Positions 27,612 through 39,600 are shown, numbered from the stretch's first letter. The stretch: 64,000 nucleotides of DNA from an uncultured Chloroflexia bacterium (GCA_963807905.1 CAWEEJ010000086.1:3327-67326), one strand, 5' to 3'. Notes: generated by a model from the letters alone, not told the origin. Numbers and translations: made by a program.

Positions 27612-28564
27612 ACGCCGCTGAGCCTACTCGGCGGCTCTTCGACATTCACTCCATCACCGTCTCGGTCGGCCGGCGCGGATCCAGCATTGTTGATCCGACT
27701 GAGGATGCCGCGCATGACCCGCTCTTCCTCGTCCGAAATATAGGGCAATGACTCGTCATCGGGATCGAGAATCGCTTGGCCGAGCTTGCTGGCGGCCAAC
27801 ATGCGCAGATCCTCCTCCAGCGGATCAAGCAGCCGGTGATCGTCGATGATGCGGCCGTCCGACATGCGCAAAATGCGCTGGGTGGCCTGCGCGACCTGCC
27901 GGTCATGGGTGACGATGGCAATCGTGGTGCCGTGATCCCGGTTGAGCGCCTGCATGAGCTCCAATATCTCCTGGCCGCTCTGACTGTCAAGGGAGCCGGT
28001 CGGTTCATCCGCCAATAACAGGGCTGGATCATTGGCCAGGGCCCGGGCTACGGCAATGCGCTGGCGCTGGCCGCCCGACAGCTGGCTGGGCAGATGGTCC
28101 CCCCGCTCGACCAACCCTACCAGATCGAGCAGATGCCGGGCCCGCTCGCGACGGTCGCGTGCGCTGACCGGCTGGCCGTACATGGGCACCTCCACATTTT
28201 CAGCAGCCGTCAACGTTGGCAGCAGGTTGTGAAGTTGAAAGACGAACCCCACCGTTTGCGCGCGGAACCGATCAACATTCTTGAGCCGCGCCAAATCCTC
28301 ACCAGCCACGCAGATTGTGCCTTCAGTTGGCTGATCGAGGGCGCCAATCATGTTGAGCAGCGTGCTCTTGCCGCAGCCGCTGGGTCCCATAATCGCGAGC
28401 AGTTCGCCCGGCGCCACAGAAAAGGTGACGCCATCCAGGGCATGAACAGCCGTATCGCCGCTGCCATAGATTTTGGTGAGTGCCTCAGCCACAATCAGCG
28501 GTTCCATCGTCCCAGTCGACGATGGATGAGGACCGCTTTGCTCGTTTTGCTCGGCCATAGTCAA
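27608..28564 (-). CDS. ABC transporter ATP-binding protein (MacB/LolD-type) with a C-terminal extension
   Basis: Walker A GPSGCGKST, signature LSGGQRQR, Walker B LLLADEPTGSLD. Confidence 0.85.
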   Translation of the reverse strand: MTMAEQNEQSGPHPSSTGTMEPLIVAEALTKIYGSGDTAVHALDGVTFSVAPGELLAIMGPSGCGKSTLLNMIGALDQPTEGTICVAGEDLARLKNVDRFRAQTVGFVFQLHNLLPTLTAAENVEVPMYGQPVSARDRRERARHLLDLVGLVERGDHLPSQLSGGQRQRIAVARALANDPALLLADEPTGSLDSQSGQEILELMQALNRDHGTTIAIVTHDRQVAQATQRILRMSDGRIIDDHRLLDPLEEDLRMLAASKLGQAILDPDDESLPYISDEEERVMRGILSRINNAGSAPADRDGDGVNVEEPPSRLSGV

Positions 28565-29881
28565 CGCTCCACCTGGATATTGACGAAAGCCGTCATGCCC
28601 CAGCGCAGCGCCTGGTCCAGCTCATCAACGTCGATCTCAACCGTATAGTTGGTGCCGCCCTTCTCTGTGTTGCTCACCGAAGCGATGCGCGTGATGGTCC
28701 CGTCAAAGATGCGGTCGGGCAGGGCGTCAAAGGTGATTTCAACCGGCATGCCTTCGTCCAGGTAGACAACGTCGGTCTCCCGCAAATCAGAGGTCTCCAC
28801 AAAGAGCTGACCCGTGTCACCCAGCAGCACGACTGGATCACCCGGCACAATCTGTTCGCCAAGGTGAACGTTGATCTCGCCTACTTCGCCTGCAAAAGGG
28901 GCGCTGATCTGGCTCTGGGTGATGTGGGCCAGGGCCGCGTTGACGGCAGCTTGCTCCGTGGCCACTCGGGCTTCGGCAATCGCAATATCTTCAGCGGTCG
29001 CGCCGGCCAGCAGCTTGTCCAATGCCGCCTGCGCGCTCTCCTGGCGAGCCATGGCTGCCTGCAGCGCCGCTTCGACGCCGGGCCCCCGTGCAATTGCACC
29101 GGCCACATTCTCCTGCGCTGCATCGATCGCAGCGGCGGCGACCGCAAGCCGTTGGGGCGTGGGGCCGCTGCTGGTGACGGCGCTCTGCGCCTTGGCGGCT
29201 TCCAATGCGGCCGTCGCCTCCTGCAAACGTTGGGACTCCGGCAGCGCGCCGAATCTTGGGGTTGCCCCGCACCAGGTTGTAGGCGGCCCGCGCCGCCGCC
29301 ACGTTGGCTTCAGCGATGGCCACCTCGGCATCGGCCGCAGTGGCCTCGGCTGCCGTGGGATGACTGGCCAGTTCGCTGTATTCGCGCCGGGCCATCTCGG
29401 CCAGCGCTTCCGCCGAGTCGATAGCTGCCTGCGCTTCCATCATCGCGCCGGCAGCTTGCGAGACAGCGGCTTGGGCCGCGGCGACATCGGCCCGGGCCGC
29501 GGCGATGTCGGCGGGCGCGGCGTCGGCCAACAGCTTGTCCAGCGCGGCCTTGGCTTCGGCCCACGCGGCTTCGGCGCTCTCTACGTCGCGTCGTAGCACG
29601 GCATTGTCCAGCTCAATCAGCAGATCGCCCGTTTCGACCCACGCGCCTTCGGTCGCGTGGATGGCGGAGACTGCGCCTTGCTGCATGGGACTCAGCTCGG
29701 CCAGCGTGCGGGGCAGCAGCGTGCCGGACGCCCAGACGACATTGTCGAGATCATCGGGCGCCTCGGCAGCGAGCGTGGCCTCCTCTGCGGCCGCCTGTTG
29801 TTCCTGATAGGTGGTGTAGCCAAAGTAGCCCACCGCGCCAACAAGGATGACAAGAATGAGTACCCAGATCCAGCGCTTCAT
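28561..29881 (-). pseudogene. HlyD/MacA-type periplasmic adaptor with one frame break (ORFs 28991..29881 and 28561..29331)
   Basis: N-terminal anchor MKRWIWVLILVILVG, a lipoyl-like half, and a long Ala-rich hairpin. ..AARAAYNLVRGNPKI (frame X) continues as GALPESQRLQEATAALEAAK.. (frame Y) near 29250-29260. C-terminal barrel ISAPFAGEVGEINV... The span of 1321 nt is 3n+1. Confidence 0.7.
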
Positions 29882-29990
29882 GGGAAGACTTCTTTCTGTG
29901 TGACGGGATGGTTCTAGACTTCAAAAAGTAAGTGACTGGCGGCGGACAGAATCTCACAGCGAAAAGGCGGACAACGACTCTCTGCGACAG

Positions 29991-32220
29991 CTACTCGTAG
30001 CGCAAGGCCTCGACTGGCTGGAGCTTGCTGGCACGCCAGGCCGGATAGAGACCGCCGATCAGCCCCAAGAACATGGCGACGCCGATGGCAACGACAAAGT
30101 TCTCGATCGACCACAAGGGCGTGATGAATTTGGCGTGCAATCGGCAGCCGTGTGATGCCGGTCAGGGCCAGTACGCCCAATGCCGAGCCAAAGAGACCGG
30201 CCAGCAGGCAGAGATAGAGACTCTCCTGCATGATCTGATTGAGAATGCGTCGCCGATTCCAGCCCAGGGCGCGCAGGGTGCCGATCTCGCGCGTGCGCTC
30301 GTAGATCGACATGATCATGGTATTGGCCACGACGATGCCGCCCACCAGCAGCGCCAGAAAACGAATCGCATTGGTCATGGCATAGGTCGACTGGATATCA
30401 TTGGTGCTCTCGGCAAATTCACTGGAAATACTGGCCCGGGCTTCGGGGAAGCGCCGGTTGATCGCAGTGATCACGGCATTGGCCTGGCTCGGCTCCTTCA
30501 CATCGACAAACGCAAAGGTGACCGTGCGCGGGCGGCCCAGAATGCGTTGGGCTTCTTTGAGCGCCAGGGTGCCGCCGCCGTCTTCAAAACGGTTGCCCGT
30601 CTCGCTGATGCCGACGATCTTGTAGCGGTTGTCGTAGAGGACGATGGTGTCGTCGATGCCCAGATTGTATGAATCGGCTGCCACCGTCCCCAATACGATT
30701 TCATTGGGACGCTGAACATAACGCCCTTCCACCAGCTTGTAATGCGCCATGGCCGGACTGTTGGGATCGAGACCGGCCAGGATAAACATGGGCAATTCGG
30801 GCGTGCTGATAAAGCCCAATACAAACGGGCTGACTGACTCGACTTCAGACATGCCCTGAATTTGACTCAGGACCCGCTCGTCGAGGCTGCTTAGGCTCAT
30901 GTCAGCGACGTCACGCTGCATCACCGTCAGATCCCCTGCGTCGCCGCTACCTGCCAGGCCGTTGAGCTCGCCGATCATGCCGTCAATCATGCCACCCAGC
31001 ATGACCAGCGTGGCCACACCAATGCCAATGCCCGCGGCCGAGATGAGCGTGCGCGTGCGCCGGCGCCACAAATTGCGGAAACTCTGGCTGCCGATCCGGG
31101 TCAATAGCCCTTCCGAGTCGGACGCGCTGCCGCCTTCATAGCGCAAGGCCTCCACCGGCCGCAAATTGGCCGCGGTCCAGGCCGGATAGAGCCCGCCGAT
31201 GAGGCCAAGCACCAGCGCAGTGATCAATCCCTGGGCGATGATGCCGGCCGTCACGCTGCCCTCCAGAAACGCACCCACGCCGGGTATCTGGCCCGCCGAC
31301 CAGGAAAGGGCAATGCCCAGGAAGACGCCGATCACGCCGCCGATCAGGCTGAGGGTGACCGCTTCGCCCAGAATCATGGCGATCACCTGACGACGTCGCC
31401 AGCCCACGGCGCGCAGGGTGCCAATTTCGCGGGTGCGTTCCATGACGCTCATGACCATCGCGCTCATCATGCCCAGGCCGCCGATGAGGATGGCAATGGC
31501 GGAGACGCCCCAGGCGAACCCTTGCAGGGTGGCCGTCCAGCCTTCGCTGGCGTCGTAGCCGCTTGCTTCCGTGACCAACAATTCATCATCGATGTTGGTG
31601 ATGCGCTCTTTGATCTGCTCGATGTCTGATCCGGGACGTACGCCGACCTGAAAAAGGCTGACCTGGCGCTGCTTCTGGGCGATGGTCTGCGCGTCCTCCA
31701 GCGTGACCACACCGCCAGACTCTTCCATTGCCTGGCCGGTTTCGTAGATCCCGACGACGCGATAGGGGGTGCCGTAGACGCGCAGCGTATCGTCTACGCC
31801 CAGTGCGAGTGAATCGGCTGAACGTCGCCCGATCGCGATCTGTTTGGGACCGGTCACCCGCTTGCCTTCGACGATGCGGTAGTGATCCATGGCCACAGTG
31901 TTGGGCTCATAGCCGTAGACGAGAAAATAGGGTGTGCCCTCGACCGCGATCCAGGTGAAGACGCCCGGCTCCACGCCGCTGACGTCGGGTACAGCCGCGA
32001 TCCGATCGGCCAGCCCTTCGTCCAGGCTGCTAAAGAGCACGTCGTAAGAGTTTGACTGGGTGACGAGCAAATCGTTGCTCAAGCCAAGGACGCTGCCGTA
32101 ATTTTGGGAGATGCCCGCGGCCATGGCTCCCAGCGCGACGACGGCGGCCACCCCTACGGCAATGCCCAAAATTGTGAGGATGCTGCGCGTGGCCCGTCGC
32201 CACAAGTTCTTGAAGATCAT
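29991..32220 (-). pseudogene. Fused double FtsX-domain (MacB-like) ABC permease with one frame break near the 3' end
   Basis: Two MacB_PCD/FtsX halves (each ending ..GGLYPAW.A..L.PVEALRYE). The last TM and the canonical end AKFITPLWSIENFVVAIGVAMFLGLIGGLYPAWRASKLQPVEALRYE* (stop 29991-29993) are in a different frame from the ORF 29914..32220. The switch is near 30125-30130. The span of 2230 nt is 3n+1. Confidence 0.75.
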
Positions 32221-32466
32221 GATTTCTTTCCGCTGTGGAACAGCATGTCTTAATTCTCGCGCCGGAAGACCAATGCGTCAACAGCTATGGTCATATCCTT
32301 TGGAAATCGGCCTAGCCCATGCCGTCGCCAGCGCGCTGCGACCGAACTCCAAAACGTGTCACTGCGTAATCCCAACCCACGGCCCTAAATCAAGTAGTCG
32401 GAACAGATGCCGGAGATCGGATTTTTGTGGTATCCTGACCGTAGAATCAACTAGAATGAGGCCCTC

Positions 32467-33519
32467 TTGGTGAGCGGGAAACATACAATCGGTCTGCTTG
32501 ACCCCAATAACCAACTTTTTATCAATGCGCGCAACGCGACATTGCGTTGGCCCCAGTCATTACGCACGATCTATCCCCTCGTCGTGCTGATTGCGGGGTT
32601 GGTCATCCCATTTCTGGCGCAGTTGGTCAGTATCCCCTTCTTTATCGCCGCCAGTCCCTTGATTGGCGATCCAATGGCGCTCTTCACGACCGAAGCCACG
32701 TCATTTCAGGGCATGATCGTCCTGGTCATTAGCTTTGCGCCGATCTACCTGTTGGTCTGGCTTTGGCTGCGCTTTATCGAACGACGTCCATTCCGCACGA
32801 TCGGGCTAGATACCGGACATGCCGCAAGCCAATATGGGCGCGGGCTGCTGCTGGGCCTGCTCATGTTCGGCAGCGCGGTGACGATTCTCGCCCTGCTCGG
32901 CTACATCGAGATCACAGCCACCGACTTTGGACTGGCCGCCTGGATCGGCGTTGGCACAATTCTGATTGGCTGGGTCGTCCAGGGGGCGGCCGAAGAAGTC
33001 GTGGCGCGCGGCTTCATGTTGCCAATCATCGGCGCACGCTGGCGACCGTGGATTGGTGTGCTGCTCTCCTCGTCGGCATTTGGCTTGCTCCATTTACTCA
33101 ACCCCAATCTCAACTGGTTGGCCATGCTAAATCTGGTCCTGTTTGGTCTCTTCGCAGCGCTCTACACGCTGTGGGAAGAGGGACTCTGGGGCATTTTTGC
33201 GATTCATTCGGTCTGGAACTGGGCGCAAGGCAACCTTTTTGGATTTGAGGTGAGCGGCAATGCCTTTGGCGGCGATTCATTGCTCGACCTCAGTGAAACG
33301 GGTCCCGATCTGCTGACCGGCGGCGCGTTCGGCCCCGAGGGCGGGCTGGCTGTAACCCTCGTGCTCATACTGAGTTGCGTGGCTGTGTGGTGGGTAGATC
33401 GACGCGGCCGGATCCGCAAAGCCGCCGCTGCGCTGCCCGAACAACCGGCGTACGAGCGAACTACGGCCGATGAGACGGTGGTTACGGATGATTTGGATGG
33501 TGGAGAACGTACTTCATGA
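32467..33519 (+). CDS. CPBP-family (CAAX/Abi) intramembrane protease
   Basis: Motifs EEVVARGF and FGLLHLLNP in a polytopic membrane protein. Confidence 0.7.
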   Translation: MVSGKHTIGLLDPNNQLFINARNATLRWPQSLRTIYPLVVLIAGLVIPFLAQLVSIPFFIAASPLIGDPMALFTTEATSFQGMIVLVISFAPIYLLVWLWLRFIERRPFRTIGLDTGHAASQYGRGLLLGLLMFGSAVTILALLGYIEITATDFGLAAWIGVGTILIGWVVQGAAEEVVARGFMLPIIGARWRPWIGVLLSSSAFGLLHLLNPNLNWLAMLNLVLFGLFAALYTLWEEGLWGIFAIHSVWNWAQGNLFGFEVSGNAFGGDSLLDLSETGPDLLTGGAFGPEGGLAVTLVLILSCVAVWWVDRRGRIRKAAAALPEQPAYERTTADETVVTDDLDGGERTS

Positions 33520-34985
33520 AGCGAGTTGTAAGCGCGCGACTCATCTTTCCGGGCGGCTGGCGGAGCGCACTGCTGATGCCGCTGCTGTTGCTTGCCGGCT
33601 GCGTCGCGCCCCTGCCCGTGTCACCGGCAGCGCCGCAGGCAACGTTCGCTGACCCAACCATCGGCGCCCCGGGCGTCGGTGACCGACTCTATCCGCTTTT
33701 GGGCAACGGCGGCTATGATGTGACCCACTATGGTATCGTCATGGATGTGGATGTTGAGCAAAACACGGTCGACGCCATTGCAACGATTGACGCGATCGCG
33801 ACCCAGCCGCTGAGCCGCTTCAACCTTGACTTTGCCGGCCTGGTCATCACCGCGCTAGCGGTGAACGGAGCTGATGCCGGCTTCGAGCGCGATGGCAGCG
33901 AACTCATCATTACGCCGGCAGCGGAGCTGCCGGCGGACGCTCCGTTCCAGGTCGTGGTCGCGTACAACGGCGAGCCCACGCCCCTCAGCGACACGAGTGT
34001 GGGCATCGACACGTTGGGCTGGCAGACCCAGCCCGGGGGGATCTTCGCCGCCAGTGAGCCCAATGGCTCCATGAACTGGTATCCGAACAACAATCATCCC
34101 AGCGACAAGGCTACTTATACGTTTCAGATCACCGTGCCGGACGCCTATCAAGTCGGCATGAACGGCGTGCTCGTTGATGAGATCGACAGTCAAGTGGAGG
34201 GCCAGGGCGCAACCACCTTTGTTTGGGACGTGGCCAATCCCATGGCCTCCTATCTCGCCACCATTCACATTGGCTCGTATGAAATTGAAACGGAGACGAC
34301 GCCCCAGGGCGTGACGCTGCGCAACTATTTCCCTGCCGACACGCCGGATGTGGTACGGCGTGACTTTGACCCGACGGCCGAGATGCTGGCATATATGGTG
34401 GAGACGGTCACCGACTACCCCTTTGACGTCTATGGCGCGGTCCTGCTCACCCAGGATGTGCCGTGGGCGCTGGAGACGCAGACGCTCTCCATTTTCCCTG
34501 TGGGTGGCGCAGATGAACGCACCGTCATGCATGAACTGGCCCACCAGTGGTTTGGCAATGACGTCAGCCCGGCCATGTGGGAGGATATCTGGCTCAACGA
34601 GGGCTTTGCCAGCTATTTTCATTTTCTGTGGCTAACCGTGAGTGAAGATGAAGCAACGTTCACGACGGTCATGGACAATCTGTATGATCAGTTGGCGCGG
34701 GCCAATGCCGGGCCCCCCATCCCGGAATCGCCACGTGATCTCTTCAGCCGGTCGGTCTATTTCCGCGGCGCGTGGACGCTTCATGCGCTGCGCTTGACGC
34801 TCGACGATGACGAACTCTTTTTTGATCTCTTGCGCACCTACTACCTTCGCCACGCTGGCGGCAATGCCTCAACGGCGGATTTTCTTGCCGTCGTAGAAGA
34901 GATGGCCGGTAGCGCTGCTGAGGAGGTTGTGCGCCAGTGGCTTTATGACCCGACGCTGCCCCCTCACCCCCGTCCAACGACATAA
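33516..34985 (+). CDS. M1-family zinc metallopeptidase (aminopeptidase N-like), lipoprotein/secreted
   Basis: HELAHQWFGN ... WLNEGFASY gluzincin motif. N-terminal signal with LLLAGC. Overlaps the upstream stop by 4 nt. Confidence 0.85.
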   Translation: MKRVVSARLIFPGGWRSALLMPLLLLAGCVAPLPVSPAAPQATFADPTIGAPGVGDRLYPLLGNGGYDVTHYGIVMDVDVEQNTVDAIATIDAIATQPLSRFNLDFAGLVITALAVNGADAGFERDGSELIITPAAELPADAPFQVVVAYNGEPTPLSDTSVGIDTLGWQTQPGGIFAASEPNGSMNWYPNNNHPSDKATYTFQITVPDAYQVGMNGVLVDEIDSQVEGQGATTFVWDVANPMASYLATIHIGSYEIETETTPQGVTLRNYFPADTPDVVRRDFDPTAEMLAYMVETVTDYPFDVYGAVLLTQDVPWALETQTLSIFPVGGADERTVMHELAHQWFGNDVSPAMWEDIWLNEGFASYFHFLWLTVSEDEATFTTVMDNLYDQLARANAGPPIPESPRDLFSRSVYFRGAWTLHALRLTLDDDELFFDLLRTYYLRHAGGNASTADFLAVVEEMAGSAAEEVVRQWLYDPTLPPHPRPTT

Positions 34986-35028
34986 TTTGGCCAGTGAATT
35001 CACTCCTTCAAATCTCCAGGAAAGACGT

Positions 35029-35592
35029 ATGACAGCATCAAAATCGACGCCAGATCCAAGTCTCGTTCAACCGCCAATGCCCATAGGCAAGTACTGGTGG
35101 GTCTACCTCCTGCAGGGAATTGCCACCATCGCATTGGGCGGATTGCTGATCTTCTGGCCCAGACCGACGATCGTCTTAATCGTCACGATTCTGGGCGTCT
35201 ACTGGCTTGGCATCGGCATTCTGCACATTGCCAGCGCGCTCTTCGGTGAACAAGATGATCAACGATTGTGGATGCTGATTAGCGGCGCGCTCGGTATTGT
35301 CGCCGGGCTCGTAGTTTTGTCGCGCCCATTGATCGCATCGTTGCTCGTACCGACTGTGTTGGTTCTTATCATCGGCGTTTTGGGCGTGTTGATTGGCCTC
35401 CTCGGTTTGGCTCAGGCTTTTCGAGGCGGCGGTTGGGGCCCAGGCGTCTGGGGCGTGCTAAGCATTGGCTTTAGCCTCTTGCTCTTCACCCATCCGCTTA
35501 TCGTGGTGAGCGTATTGACGCTGATTTTGGGCGTCCTGGCGATCGTTGGCGGGCTTGCGCTGATCGGCGTTGCCTTTCGTGTTCGACACTAG
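35029..35592 (+). CDS. HdeD-like (DUF308) membrane protein
   Basis: KYWWVYLLQGIATIALGGLLIFWP and repeated Gly-rich TM hairpins. ATG at 35029 chosen; the ORF is open from 34927. Confidence 0.6.
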   Translation: MTASKSTPDPSLVQPPMPIGKYWWVYLLQGIATIALGGLLIFWPRPTIVLIVTILGVYWLGIGILHIASALFGEQDDQRLWMLISGALGIVAGLVVLSRPLIASLLVPTVLVLIIGVLGVLIGLLGLAQAFRGGGWGPGVWGVLSIGFSLLLFTHPLIVVSVLTLILGVLAIVGGLALIGVAFRVRH

Positions 35593-35599
35593 CCGTCAC

Positions 35600-36460
35600 G
35601 TGGGCCGCGCCCTGACAAGTCTATCCCCGATAAGGATCTTATTCCTTGTCTTGACCCTCTTCTTGCTACTATCGTGTGCCGGAACTATGGAAAATTACGA
35701 GCATCCCTCAGAACCGTTTTTTGCCGGAGAGTACGCCCCGGTCGGTCAGGTCGATCCTGACCAGGCAAGCGTCAGGGTAGTTACCTGGAATATCAAGTTT
35801 GGTGAAAACGTGGGTGAGGCGATTGAGGTGCTGAGCGAGACGCCCGACTTGGCCAATGCCGATATCTATCTGCTGCAGGAGATGGATGAAGAGGGCACAG
35901 AGATGATTGCGCGCACGCTTGGCTATAACTATGTCTATTTCCCGGCCTCGGTGCACAATCAACATGGACGCAATTTCGGCAACGCAATTCTGGCGCGATG
36001 GCCTATCACCCACCCCGAAAAGGTGATCCTACCCAATCGCAATCCGAGAAACGGTCAATTGCGTACGGCGACGCGAGCGGTCGTGACGTTGGGCGAAATC
36101 GATGTGCTCGCCTACAGCGTGCATACGGAGACATTTTGGTTGGGCGCCAAGGGGCGTGAAGCGCAGATCGAGGCCGTGGCGGAAACGGTTGACTTTCACT
36201 ACGACTATGTTGTAGTAGGGGGCGACTTCAATACGATTACGCCGGCAAGCGTCAACACTGCCGAAGAACGCATGGCAGGCTTTGGCCTTGTACGTCTTTC
36301 TAAGGGGGCCGGCTACACCGTGCGTGTACGCGGAGTGGGCTTGCCATTGGATCATGTCTTTGGCAGCAACGTGACGATATTGGGTAAGGGCGTCTGGCGC
36401 GAAACCGAGGCGAGTGACCATTTCCCGCTGTGGGTGGAACTGGGCCCGCCTATCGAGTAG
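35600..36460 (+). CDS. Endonuclease/exonuclease/phosphatase (EEP) family lipoprotein
   Basis: Lipobox LLLSCAG. VVTWNIKFG, DIYLLQEMD, GGDFN and SDHFPL motifs. GTG at 35600 lies just after the upstream stop. Confidence 0.7.
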   Translation: MGRALTSLSPIRILFLVLTLFLLLSCAGTMENYEHPSEPFFAGEYAPVGQVDPDQASVRVVTWNIKFGENVGEAIEVLSETPDLANADIYLLQEMDEEGTEMIARTLGYNYVYFPASVHNQHGRNFGNAILARWPITHPEKVILPNRNPRNGQLRTATRAVVTLGEIDVLAYSVHTETFWLGAKGREAQIEAVAETVDFHYDYVVVGGDFNTITPASVNTAEERMAGFGLVRLSKGAGYTVRVRGVGLPLDHVFGSNVTILGKGVWRETEASDHFPLWVELGPPIE

Positions 36461-36531
36461 GCGACAAATGCCCGGTTGCTGCCTCTGCCTGAGAGTTGCC
36501 CGTCGAATTGAGGTGTCCCACCAATCATTGA

Positions 36532-36573
36532 AGAAGGCGGCGTTCCCGTAAGTCGGGAGCGCCGCCTTCTTTG
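36532..36573. terminator. Intrinsic terminator between convergent genes
   Basis: GAAGGCGGCGTTCCC / GGGAGCGCCGCCTTC stem (one G-U pair), 7-nt loop, T-rich on both sides. Confidence 0.7.
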
Positions 36574-36699
36574 TCGCCTATCGTATCCCTTACCCACCGT
36601 CCACGGGTCCTGCGCCGGTTGAACCTGCTTGGGCTGAGCCTGTCGAAGTGTCGAAACCCAGCGAGTACCCCGCCGTCCCACTGCCACTCAGCCGTAACG

Positions 36700-39600
36700 C
36701 TAGTCGTTCTCCTGCACCATGCGCACCTTGGCCTCTTCGATCCACGCTGCGTAATCGGGGACGTGAAGTTTAGGGGCATGGCAAGCCGCGGCCAACTGTT
36801 CGACCGTGGCGCCGGCCAACTGTTCGTAGGTGTAGATGCCCGCGTCATAGAGGCGTCGTTCGAAGACCCGGCCAATCCCGGCAATCGGCTCGAAATCGTC
36901 GATCCGTTCCAGATTGTTCCACAGCTTGCCGATCGTATCAGTCGATTCTGCAAGGTGCAGGGCATCCTCGCGAATCTCGCCAAAGCTGACGCTGCGCAGT
37001 TGCCAATCGGTCAATTCGAGAACCTGCCGCATCTCGTCATCGGGTAAGTTTGCCAATTCCCAATAGGTGCCCACGCCGGCGTCATAGAGACGCTGCTGGA
37101 AGGCGGAGCCGATACCCTTAATCTCGGTAAGATCTTGTGGCACAGCGCCAAAGACGGGGATGGCCCTCAGGCGCAACGCTTCATTGGCCGCATAGCGTTT
37201 GACTGCTGGATAAGCTTCGATTTCACTGGCCAACTCGGCCATTGCCGGCGCCCCGTCAAAGATTTTTGCTTTCTCTGCCAGCTCGGTTTCTGCGGCAAGG
37301 CGGGCCGTTTCGGCTTCCTGCAAGCCGGTCAACAGATCGTCCTTGTCCACTTGCAGCGCGGCCAGTTCCGCACGCAGTCCGTTGATGCCTGCCTCCAACT
37401 CATTGCGACCGTCACTCAACGTTGCCGCTTCCGCCGCGGCAGCCTGCAAGGCGTTCTCACGTTGGGCAATCGTCGCTTCCAGCTCGCTTTTTTCCGTGGT
37501 TAACGCCGTGATTTGCTCGTTCAAGGCCGTGCGGCTCTGAGCTAGCTCGTCAAGTTGCGTTTGGGCGCTGTCGAGGGCTTGCTCGCGCTCGTTTAGCGTC
37601 CCCTCCAACTCCGAGACGCGCCCGTTGGCCTGCTCCAGCGTGCTTTGCTGATCGCTTAGCTGTCGGGTGACGGCAGCGGCGCCCGCCGTAAGTAGCTTTA
37701 GATTTACCTCATGTTCGCTGGCGCCATCCGCGCGCAAGGCTTCTGCATCAAATTCACCAGTCTGGGCATCTGGCCCTAGCGCGTCAACCAGCTGACTGCG
37801 CACGGCGGCAATGTTCTCCTCCACGGCGGCAAGCTGGGCTTCGGCCTCGGCCTTGGCTGCTTCCACTTCGGTCAGGGCGCTTTGCAGTGATGCCACCTGT
37901 GCCTCAAGGTCCGCAACCTGCGCCTCCAACTGCGCTTTCTCCGCCGTCAACGCCTCAATCTGGGCCTCTTTTTCCGTGATCTGTGCCGTCAGCGTTGCTG
38001 CGGTGGCACTGCTGTTTGCCTGCAGATCGGACAGGTCATTCTCCAGCTCGCTGCGCGCGACGGTGAGAGCGTTAAGTTGATCCTGTGTCTCGGCCAGCGC
38101 CAGATCCCGGGCGTCCAATTCATCGCGCAGACTTGTCAGTTCTGTCTTGACCGCCACGATGCCGGCGGTCAGTTGAGCCGGCTCGGCCAGATCTTGCTCG
38201 GTGCTGCGTACCGCGCCGGCGCCTGTAGCACCGTCGACTGTTTCATCCGGCGCTACGTTTACCAGCGCCGCCAGCGCTTGATCGAGCTCCGTCTGGGCGC
38301 TGGTCACGTTACCTTGCAGCGTATCCATGGCTTCGGCTTGGCTGTCGAACTGGGCACGCAGTGCAGTAAGCTCGTCCACGCGCTCGCTGAGACTGTTTTC
38401 GAGTGCGCTTTTCTCCGTTTGCAAGGCGGCATATTCCTGCTGGAGGTCAGCAAGGTCTGCTTCGCGTTGTGCTGCATCCGCTTCCAATGTATTGCGACGT
38501 TCCACGGCTTCATTCAGCTCAGGACCCATGGCAGCCAATTCGTTGCGGGCGGCACGAAGGTCCTGATTGCGCTTGGTAAATTCGACGTTCATGCCTGCCA
38601 GATCGTCGTTGACGCTTCCCAGGCGGGCTTCCAAGCCGGCCATCTGCTGCGAGATCTTGTCAAGCTCTTCTTCCCGGCTCAGGAACTCGGTCTCCAGCGC
38701 AGCCTTGGCTGTCAACGCGGCTTCGAGCTCATGCTGATAGCGGGTCGTATCGCGCTTGTATGCTTCCAGCTGCAGGGTCAGGCGGCGCAGTTCGTCAAAG
38801 CTAAGCGCCGGCTGTTCGCCTGCCAATTCGTCCTGTAATGCCGCATCGCTCAGCGTGACGAGACGCTGGGTCTGCAATGCCTCCGTCTCCGCGGATTCAC
38901 CAGTTTCGGTTGCTTCGCCGGTGAGCAGTGCAAGACTCTCTTCGTCGCCTTCGTCCGCCAGGAAATCGGCAAGCTGGGCGATCATCTCGCTGTAGTCCTG
39001 GTTGCGTTTGTCAATGTTGCCGGCCAGTTCGGCGCTGATGGCGGTCAACGCACTGAGGCTGGCGCGCAGATAGTTGATTTCGTCACGGGCTTCAATGAGA
39101 TCGAGTTCTCGCTGCCAGAGGGCGTCTTCAAACTTTTCGTCCTCTTGAAGCGTCATGGCCATACGGGTAGTGAGAGATGGCTCATCTTCATCAAAATCGT
39201 CGTCGAAGGATTCGACTTCGCCACTGATGGCTTCCGGCACTTGGCTAGCCAGCTGGTCGGCCAGCGCGGTCTCCAGGGCAAGGATCGTTTCCTCTAATAG
39301 CTGCGTCTTCGCCGCCAGCATGTCCAATTCTTCTTGCTTGTCAATCAGTGCAGCTTCTGCAATAGCCACTGCTGCCGCGGCAGTAGTCAGCTCTTCAGTG
39401 GCGGTAACCAGTGCAGTTTCCACCGTCGCGTGCGATTCTTCGGCCGCCGTCAACTTGCTATACGCATCGGCTGAAGCGGCGCGCAGCGCGCTCAGTTCAG
39501 AGGCGTTTTCAGCTCGCTCGGCCTCCAGAATCGTCCGATCAGTTACGGCATCGCTGAACGCCGCCTGGGTCTCTTCCAGCGCCAGGGTCGCGGCGTCAAG

